Shown: piece after piece, positions 19,373 through 25,921 of the stretch
Layout: each line of letters opens with the position of its first letter
How positions within the stretch are numbered: position 1 is the stretch's first letter
The notes under the pieces: model-generated
Databases searched by the model: none
Seen by the model: only the letters and a program-made list of their open reading frames with translations
Told to the model about the DNA's origin: nothing
Position numbers and translations under genes: made by a program
Source: Thermoanaerobaculia bacterium
GTDB lineage: Bacteria > Acidobacteriota > Thermoanaerobaculia > Gp7-AA8
Assembly: GCA_046590705.1 (NCBI GenBank)
Contig: JBKJUK010000256.1
Span: forward strand, 1 to 46,640
Direction: 5' to 3'
DNA: 46,640 nucleotides

Positions 19373-20303
19373 ATTCCGGCAGAGCGTACCCCTCATCGTC
19401 ATCGGAGGAGCCACAGGCACGGGCAAGAGCAGTCTGGCCATGGAGCTCGCAGCGAGGCTCAACGGCGAGATTGTGAACTGCGATTCGATTCAGATTTACC
19501 GCGGATTCGACGTCGGCAGCGCCAAGCCATCCGCTGCAGACCGGCAAAGTGTTCCTCACCACCTGTTCGATTTCGTCGACGCAGACGAGCCGTTCACCGC
19601 CGCCGACTTCTCCGCGCACGCCTCCCGAGTATGCCGGGAGATTCTCGCGCGCGGACGGAGCCCCATCGTCGTCGGGGGGACCGGCTTCTACCTCCGCGCT
19701 CTGCTGGCCGGACTTCCTGCGCTACCTTCGAGCGACCCCGCCATGAGGTCACGCCTGCAGAAGCTGAGATCCAATGAACGGGGACGGGCAAGACTTTTCC
19801 GCCTCCTGCAACGCGTCGATCCGCCAACCGCGCTGCGACTCGCTCCGGGCGACAGTCATCGCATCGAACGCGCACTCGAGGTTTACTTCAGCACCGGCAA
19901 ACCAATCTCCAGTTGGGAGCGACCCACTGCCTCGACCCCTCCCAGATGGAGTGCGATCAAGTTCGCTCTCGATCTGGAAAGAGAAACGCTGGTGGCCCGT
20001 CTCGACGCGCGCGTCGCTTCGATATACGCGAACGGACTTCTGGAAGAGACGGCCGAATTGCTGACGCACTATCAATGCGACGCCGCGCCCTTTCAATCCA
20101 TCGGATATCGCGAGGCTGTTCGTCACCTCTCGGGTTCGCTTTCGCTGGGCGAGGCCATCAATCAAACCAGACAGCGAACCCGCGCCTATGCCAAACGGCA
20201 GAGAACCTGGTTCCGCGGGGAAGTCGACACCCACTGGCTCGACGCTGCAAGCTCGATCTCGGTACTTGGCGAGCAAGCTCTTCAGCTGATCACCGCGAGA
20301 TGA
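19338..20303 (+). CDS. miaA: tRNA dimethylallyltransferase (start codon uncertain)
   Basis: P-loop PLIVIGGATGTGKS lies upstream of ATG 19440. DSIQIY, GSAKP, PHHL, VGGTGFY, SIGY and YAKRQRTWF motifs are present. The frame is open back to the TGA at 19320. Start tentatively placed at ATC 19338. Confidence 0.9.
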   Translation: MASTTHNFEGAEFRQSVPLIVIGGATGTGKSSLAMELAARLNGEIVNCDSIQIYRGFDVGSAKPSAADRQSVPHHLFDFVDADEPFTAADFSAHASRVCREILARGRSPIVVGGTGFYLRALLAGLPALPSSDPAMRSRLQKLRSNERGRARLFRLLQRVDPPTALRLAPGDSHRIERALEVYFSTGKPISSWERPTASTPPRWSAIKFALDLERETLVARLDARVASIYANGLLEETAELLTHYQCDAAPFQSIGYREAVRHLSGSLSLGEAINQTRQRTRAYAKRQRTWFRGEVDTHWLDAASSISVLGEQALQLITAR

Positions 20304-20304
20304 C

Positions 20305-20335
20305 AGGCCGGGGGCCGGAGTCGGGGGGCCGGAGC
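20305..20335 (+). repeat. G-rich heptad repeat arm
   Basis: AGGCCGGGGGCCGGAGTCGGGGGGCCGGAGC immediately after the miaA stop. Confidence 0.85.
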
Positions 20336-20394
20336 AAGGCAAGCCGATTCATCAGTCGTGCCGGTCCCCTCGTATCGGTCACTGGCTCCCGGTA

Positions 20395-20474
20395 CGTCAT
20401 TCCGATGAGCAGGCGAACCTTTTGCGAGCTTGCTCGCTTTGAATGCGAAGAGGAATCTCCGTTCCGCGCCGCGA
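20395..20474 (+). repeat. CGTC-type palindromic repeat, single arm
   Basis: CGTCATTCCGATGAGC...GCGAAGAGGAATCTCCGTTCCGCGCCGCGA. The last 30 nt are the exact reverse complement of 38561-38590. Confidence 0.85.
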
Positions 20475-20632
20475 AAGCCGAAGTGCAGCACCACCTCTGT
20501 GGGGTCGAGGCTTCTCTGCGCGGGCCAAGGCGGCGTGCAGTGAATGAGCATGCGACAACCCACCATTTACGACGCACCAGACTCGTCTTCCGATACAATC
20601 CGGTCGTTTCTCCAACTCACTGGATCGTCCTC

Positions 20633-21946
20633 ATGCATGCAACCACTCTCCGCGCTTTCCCGTCAGCAATCTTAGCGATCGTCATGCTCGCGGCCTGTGC
20701 TTCAACCGCTCCTCAGGTCGAGCAAACCACCACCGCACCTCGTAACCCGTTTCTCATCGATCCGAGAACGGGCGTGAATGAAACAGTCTCACCGGAGGAT
20801 GCACGACGGTTCGATGCCGCATGGGCTGCCTTCAGACGTGGCGCACCGGTCGAGGCCGAACGACTCTTCGCCGACATCGAATTGAGGAGTCCGGGCCGGG
20901 CAGATGTAGCGCTGGCGCTGGCCGCCATTTCCCTCGACTCAGGAGATCCGGCCGCTGCCGAAGAACTGATTGCGCGGGCAGAAGCGTCAGGGCGAACGCT
21001 CGCCAGCACTCTCTACCGAGCCGAAATCGCACGCTCGCGCGGCGATTGGAAAACCGCCTTCGCGCGCTACACCGAAGTTTCACGCAACGCTGCCGCACCG
21101 CCAGGCATCAGCGAGCGGCTGGCCGAATCGCGAGACAAACATTTCGCACAGCTCCTGTCCGAGGCCGAGGCGGCATCTGACGCAGATCGCTCAGCAGCAA
21201 TGCTCCGTGCTGCGCTCGAACTCAAGCCTGAGGCCTCGAACACCCGCATTCAACTCGTGCGTAAGTTGATCGCTTCGAGCGACTGGGATGAGGCGCGCCG
21301 GGAACTCGACCCGCTGCTGAGGCGTGGTGAAGCCGACCGTACCGAGGTTCAGGAAGCGCTTGCCGATATCGATGCAGGAAAGGGCCGTTTCCAGGAAGCG
21401 ATCGTCCGGCTAGAGAAACTCATCCGGCGCGCACCTGACGCTCGACTGCAGCAAAAATTGGATGCGCTCAAGACTGACTTCACCAGCGCCAACATGCCAC
21501 CCCAGTACCGGAGAGCACGCGAGTCGGCAGCGATCAACCGCGCCGACTTCTCGGTTCTGCTTTACTGGGAAGTCTCCTCCGTTCGTTTCGCGACCAGGCT
21601 CAGACAGCCGCCCATCGCCGTAGACATCAGCAACGTGATCGGTCGGGACGAACTGGTGCGAGCGCTCGCCCTCGGTCTATTCAACGTCGATCCAATCACC
21701 AGGCGAGTTGATCCGTACAGAGTGATCACAATCAGCAGCTTCACTCGAATCGTCGCACGAGTGCTGCAGATGCGTGGGGCACCCTGCGCCGGCACGAGCG
21801 AGCCCGCTGACTTCGCATCCGCGCAGCGGGTGCTGAGCAGCTGTGGAGTATCCGTTCCCGATGCACAGGGCGCGACCGAAGCACCCGTCAGTGGCACCGC
21901 GGCCGCCAACACGCTGAGGAAGGTCGATGAGATTTTGTCGAAGTGA
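20633..21946 (+). CDS. TPR-repeat lipoprotein
   Basis: Signal peptide with lipobox LAAC after ATG 20633, followed by Ala/Leu-rich helical TPR-like repeats. The ORF-track start at 19913 overlaps miaA and repeats. Confidence 0.8.
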   Translation: MHATTLRAFPSAILAIVMLAACASTAPQVEQTTTAPRNPFLIDPRTGVNETVSPEDARRFDAAWAAFRRGAPVEAERLFADIELRSPGRADVALALAAISLDSGDPAAAEELIARAEASGRTLASTLYRAEIARSRGDWKTAFARYTEVSRNAAAPPGISERLAESRDKHFAQLLSEAEAASDADRSAAMLRAALELKPEASNTRIQLVRKLIASSDWDEARRELDPLLRRGEADRTEVQEALADIDAGKGRFQEAIVRLEKLIRRAPDARLQQKLDALKTDFTSANMPPQYRRARESAAINRADFSVLLYWEVSSVRFATRLRQPPIAVDISNVIGRDELVRALALGLFNVDPITRRVDPYRVITISSFTRIVARVLQMRGAPCAGTSEPADFASAQRVLSSCGVSVPDAQGATEAPVSGTAAANTLRKVDEILSK

Positions 21947-21957
21947 GGCAGGTGAAG

Positions 21958-21988
21958 CGGCTGGGGTCTGGGGGCCGGGGGCCGGAGC
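21958..21988 (+). repeat. G-rich heptad repeat arm (left arm of cassette)
   Basis: CGGCTGGGGTCTGGGGGCCGGGGGCCGGAGC, 11 nt after the TPR gene stop. Confidence 0.8.
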
Positions 21989-21997
21989 AGCTGATGG

Positions 21998-22046
21998 CAG
22001 TAGTCAGTAAGCAGTAGTCAGTAAGCAGTAGTCAGTAACTAGTAGT
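21998..22046 (+). repeat. Tandem heptamer repeat, 7 units (CAGTAGT/CAGTAAG alternating)
   Basis: CAGTAGT CAGTAAG CAGTAGT CAGTAAG CAGTAGT CAGTAAC TAGTAGT, read directly. Confidence 0.95.
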
Positions 22047-22064
22047 CCTGTTGCGATCCGCGCT

Positions 22065-22091
22065 TGTGTGGCACAGGCAATCCTGCCTGTG
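22065..22091 (+). repeat. Solo GTGG-type REP arm
   Basis: TGTGTGGCACAGGCAATCCTGCCTGTG, identical to the REPIN arms. Confidence 0.9.
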
Positions 22092-22136
22092 TGCATTTGG
22101 CATCGCCGGTGCTGCCGAGTTCCTAATAGGTTTCTA

Positions 22137-22168
22137 CCCCGGCCCCCTGACCCCGGCCTCCGGCCCGC
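22137..22168 (-). repeat. G-rich heptad repeat arm (right, inverted)
   Basis: Plus strand CCCCGGCCCCCTGACCCCGGCCTCCGGCCCGC, just past the stop of 22172..22852. Confidence 0.8.
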
Positions 22169-22171
22169 TCC

Positions 22172-22852
22172 TCATCCAAACAGCGACAGACGCGGGATCG
22201 CGAACTGCTTCCTGATGAGTCTTCGCAGATTTGCATCTGAGGTCCGCGCTCGCACTTTCTCATCGGCGATGCCTGCGAGGGCGCGGCTCGCTTCCTGTTC
22301 GAGGACAGCCTTCTCATCGGGAGTAAGCGAAGCACGTAACAACTCGAAGAGTGCGGACTCGAGCATGATCAGTTTCTCCTCGAGATCCGGGACTGAGGTC
22401 ACTTTCCGGTTCAAACCGTTCACCTTGATAGCAGTCGCGCTGAGCGCCTCGGCAGCGGATGACGTCTTTGAATTCAAGGCGGCCTGCTCGAGATCATTCG
22501 CAAGCAGGGCCAGTCCTGCTCCCGGATCTAGTTCGGGGATCGAGCCCGTCGATCCGGCCTGCAGCGACTTCCGTTCTTCCCAGAGATCTTTGACGGCGTG
22601 ACGGCAGTAGGAAAGACTGGAGATCGTTTTGCGCCTTCCGCTCTCGCTGTTTTTCTGAAAACAGCCGTCGATCGCTTCAATCAGGATGGGCAGGGGGATC
22701 CCGCCTTCTTTCCAGCTCTTCAGGAGAGCCCAGTCTTTGGCCGAGATAACGAACGCAGTGCCTCGCTTCTCCGCAAAGTGCGACTCGATTTCCAGGAAAT
22801 AGTCGTCTTCGGGGAGAAAATGGTGCGGTGGCTCTTCAGTTCTGCTCGGCAA
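22172..22852 (-). CDS. Hypothetical protein with a possible DnaD-like N-terminal domain
   Basis: Helical 226-aa ORF. The W-x3-GIPLxxLxEAI...SLSYC pattern resembles DnaD domains (inference). Confidence 0.65.
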   Translation of the reverse strand: MPSRTEEPPHHFLPEDDYFLEIESHFAEKRGTAFVISAKDWALLKSWKEGGIPLPILIEAIDGCFQKNSESGRRKTISSLSYCRHAVKDLWEERKSLQAGSTGSIPELDPGAGLALLANDLEQAALNSKTSSAAEALSATAIKVNGLNRKVTSVPDLEEKLIMLESALFELLRASLTPDEKAVLEQEASRALAGIADEKVRARTSDANLRRLIRKQFAIPRLSLFG

Positions 22853-23231
22853 GAATCTTCTTCACCGTCTCGGTCAGGTCGGCAATCTCGAAGGGCTTGT
22901 TCAGGACGGCACGCACGCCGAGGTCGGTGAGACCTTCTGTTCGCTGCGCGCCCACCGCGGTCAGAACGATGACCGGAATCTGACCGATGAGGTTACGTTC
23001 CTTGAGCGTCTCGAGCACCTGCCAGCCATTCATGCGGGGCATCATGAGATCCAGCATCATCAGCCGTGGCACAGAGAGTTCAATCGCTTCGATTGCCTCG
23101 ATCCCATCTCGGGCTTCACGCTCTTTCATCCCGAGCCTTCGGAAAATTTGTCCGAGCAGACTTCGGATCGGGGGGTCGTCATCGACGATGAGCACGTCGG
23201 ATGCAGCAACAATCGTTTGGGAGTCGGTCAA
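22836..23231 (-). CDS. Single-domain response regulator (CheY-like)
   Basis: VLIVDDD, LDLMMP (phosphoacceptor Asp), VIVLTA and KPF motifs. TTG start after GAGGA. Confidence 0.9.
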   Translation of the reverse strand: MTDSQTIVAASDVLIVDDDPPIRSLLGQIFRRLGMKEREARDGIEAIEAIELSVPRLMMLDLMMPRMNGWQVLETLKERNLIGQIPVIVLTAVGAQRTEGLTDLGVRAVLNKPFEIADLTETVKKILAEQN

Positions 23232-23371
23232 ATCAGTGTTCCTCGCAGCAGGTGACGGTGCATTCTTCTACGTCCCGCGACTTCTGTCCAGATTCGTGCA
23301 CGACTCGAATCGTAGTAAGGTTCCAGTGTGACGTCCATTTCCCGTTGTGCTGGTCCGCGGAAGTTTCGGTC

Positions 23372-25030
23372 TTGAGCGACTCTGCAGCAGGAATCCGGCC
23401 AACCAGGGTACCGGGCGCTGAGGTCACCATCGTGACAGCGAGTTCTCCGTCCACAAAAGTCTCGATTGGAACGGAGGGAGCGTCGATCGGTCGCGCCGCA
23501 GAGTGCACGATACCGTTGAAGGATCGTTACCTCTCGCGCAAGCACGCAGAGATTTGCGCGAACGACGGATTTTGGAGTGTTCGCGACTGCGGAAGCGCCA
23601 ACGGGACCTATCTGAACGGCAACCGACTCGACCGCGAGATGCCGATGCACTCCGGCGATCGCATCAGGCTCGGCGACACCGAGTTGATTTTCAAGTCGGA
23701 CCAGTCGACCGACCGGCTGGAGGTAGGTGACGCGAAGATCACAGCGACCATTTCCATCCCGGTCGAAGAGATTCTGAATCGCCACAACCTCTCGACGGAG
23801 AACGTCGAGAGATTACAGATCCTGAATGCGCTGGCGGTGGGACTGATCGATGACCACCCGCTGGACTCGTTGTTCGGTGTCGTGCTCGATCAGATCATGG
23901 AGCATCTTCGGCCCTCCCGTGCAGCGATCGCTCTGGTGGCAGAGGGGTCGAGAACGTTCTCGAATGCCGAGGTGCGTCGCGCCGATGTGAATGACAGTAA
24001 GGAACTCTCGATCAGCAGAACTCTTCTCGACGAGGTCGTGCTGCAGAAGCGTGCGCTGGCCTACATGGATGTATCGATGGATGAGAAGCTGAGTCACGCG
24101 AATTCCATCATCCTCCAGGGGATTCACTCTGTTCTCTGCGCGCCCATTCTCATCAACGACACCGTGGAAGGAGTTCTGTACGTCGATTTCCTTTTCAATC
24201 AAACGAAGCTCGATGAAGAGGACCTCAAACTGGTAGCGCAAATAGCCCGTTTTGCCGCGGTGAAACTGGAGAACACCAGGCTGCGCGAGAACGCGCTGCA
24301 GAAAGCGCTCACAGACGAAGAGCTGAAGATGGCCTACACCATTCAGCGGCGATTGCTGCCGGAGACTCCGCCACCGGTTGCCGGATTCTCGCTGTTCGGA
24401 ATCAATCGACCTTTCCGAACCGTGAGCGGTGACTACTACGACTTCGCGAGAAGACCCGATGGCTCGCTCTACTTCGTGATCGCCGATGTGAGCGGCAAGG
24501 GCGTGACCGCGGCGCTGCTCATGGCAGGCCTGCAGGCTTCGTTTCGTATCTTCACGAAAGCAGATCCGAGCCCTTCCGAACTGGTGACACAACTCAACGG
24601 ATTCCTGAAGGAGAACCTGCCACAGTCGAAGTTCGTCACGCTGCTGGCCGGACGACTGAATCCCGCAACTGGAGAGATTGTGTACACCAATGCGGGACAC
24701 ACACCTCCTGTCTGGGTGCGTCGAGATGAGAACATCGATCTCACCGAAACCGACCTGCTGCTGGGGGTTTTTGCCAATGCCACGTTTCGCGATCAAATGA
24801 TCCAACTCGATCAAGGTGATGCGCTGGTTCTTTTCACAGACGGAATCACCGAGGCTGAAGACGCCGGCGGCGAAGAATTCAGCCAGAACATTCTCGCTTC
24901 AGCATTGCGCGACGCCGCGGGACACAATGCCGCTGAAATCGGCAATCGGATCGAGCAGGCTGTGATCAGTCACCGCGGGGCCGAACTGCAGTCTGACGAC
25001 ATCACCCTGCTGGTCATCGCCCGCGATTAG
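23372..25030 (+). CDS. FHA-GAF-SpoIIE (PP2C) Ser/Thr phosphatase
   Basis: FHA (IGRA, LSRKHA, GSANGT), GAF (SVLCAPI, GVLYVD) and PP2C (VSGDYYD, DVSGKG, NAGH, FTDGITE, DDIT) motifs. Start uncertain; in-frame TTG 23372 chosen. Confidence 0.9.
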   Translation: MSDSAAGIRPTRVPGAEVTIVTASSPSTKVSIGTEGASIGRAAECTIPLKDRYLSRKHAEICANDGFWSVRDCGSANGTYLNGNRLDREMPMHSGDRIRLGDTELIFKSDQSTDRLEVGDAKITATISIPVEEILNRHNLSTENVERLQILNALAVGLIDDHPLDSLFGVVLDQIMEHLRPSRAAIALVAEGSRTFSNAEVRRADVNDSKELSISRTLLDEVVLQKRALAYMDVSMDEKLSHANSIILQGIHSVLCAPILINDTVEGVLYVDFLFNQTKLDEEDLKLVAQIARFAAVKLENTRLRENALQKALTDEELKMAYTIQRRLLPETPPPVAGFSLFGINRPFRTVSGDYYDFARRPDGSLYFVIADVSGKGVTAALLMAGLQASFRIFTKADPSPSELVTQLNGFLKENLPQSKFVTLLAGRLNPATGEIVYTNAGHTPPVWVRRDENIDLTETDLLLGVFANATFRDQMIQLDQGDALVLFTDGITEAEDAGGEEFSQNILASALRDAAGHNAAEIGNRIEQAVISHRGAELQSDDITLLVIARD

Positions 25031-25047
25031 CTGGAAGGCGTTCAGCC

Positions 25048-25070
25048 GTAGGGGCGAACTGCGTTCGCCC
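25048..25070 (+). repeat. GTAG-type REP palindrome
   Basis: GTAG-GGGCGAAC-TGC-GTTCGCCC. Confidence 0.7.
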
Positions 25071-25221
25071 GCTCCCTCACGGCCGTTCCATGGAACTCAA
25101 CGTAGAGAGCGCGCCCCACGAACGTACCTGCTGCTAGAGACGCTCCAACCATGCGTTTTCTTGCGCAGCGCAGCCATCGCCTGCGGCAGGCAGAACCGCT
25201 CGACGCTGCTACAATCTGCCC

Positions 25222-25389
25222 ATGCTTTCAGGCAAGAAATCCGAAGGTCGCACGTCGGTCGCTCCGAAGGGTGTCGATAGAACGGCAATTCGCCGTCTTC
25301 TGAAGCTCACTCCTGCCGAGCGGGCACGCGTCGCCGTCGAAGAAGCGCGAAACCTGCAGATTCTCGACGAACGTCTTCCTCCGCGATGA
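25222..25389 (+). CDS. 55-aa small protein, putative antitoxin-like partner of the nucleotidyltransferase
   Basis: MLSGKKSEGRTSVAPKGVDRTAIRRLLKLTPAERARVAVEEARNLQILDERLPPR. ATGA overlap with the next gene, and TGCTACAAT 6 nt upstream. Not listed in the ORF track. Confidence 0.7.
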   Translation: MLSGKKSEGRTSVAPKGVDRTAIRRLLKLTPAERARVAVEEARNLQILDERLPPR

Positions 25390-25880
25390 CCTTCGCAGTC
25401 TTCGACCCCCTCCGAGCGCTGGGCCTGCTTCTCAGGGGCGGCGTCGAATTCGTCGTAATCGGTGGATTTGCAGCGCGAATCTGGGGTTCCCCAACGATCA
25501 CCAACGATCTCGACATCTGCTACTCAACGACTCGGTCCAATACAGAAGCACTTGCGCGGGTACTTCTTTCGCTGAATGCGCGACCACGCGACTTCGACAC
25601 TTTTTTGCCATTCATTCTAGATGGACGCACCATCGCTCTCGGCGGAAGCTTCACCTTCGAGACCGATGCAGGCAACATCGACTGCCTTGCTACGCCTGCT
25701 GGGACCAACGGTTTTAAAGATCTCGAGCGCGAAGCAACGATGATTGATCTGGGAGAACAGCTGCAGGTTCGCTTCGCGTCGGTGGACGACGTCATTCGCA
25801 TGAAGCGTGCTGCCGGTCGAAAGAAGGATCTCATCGAACTGGAAGTCCTTGAAGCACTCAAAGCGGAGCGCGAACGATAA
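25386..25880 (+). CDS. Stand-alone nucleotidyltransferase (Pol-beta superfamily, AbiEii/DUF6036-like)
   Basis: VVIGGFAA...TNDLDI (GG...DxD), a third acidic residue in NIDC, and C-terminal MKRAAGRKKD. Confidence 0.8.
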   Translation: MTFAVFDPLRALGLLLRGGVEFVVIGGFAARIWGSPTITNDLDICYSTTRSNTEALARVLLSLNARPRDFDTFLPFILDGRTIALGGSFTFETDAGNIDCLATPAGTNGFKDLEREATMIDLGEQLQVRFASVDDVIRMKRAAGRKKDLIELEVLEALKAERER

Positions 25881-25921
25881 GGGCAGGACCTGAACAGGCT
25901 TGTGATTTGCCAGCAGCTGTT

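Noticed and set aside
19913-20632. 240-aa N-terminal extension of the TPR protein
   Set aside because: It overlaps miaA and two repeats. The lipoprotein signal peptide begins at ATG 20633.
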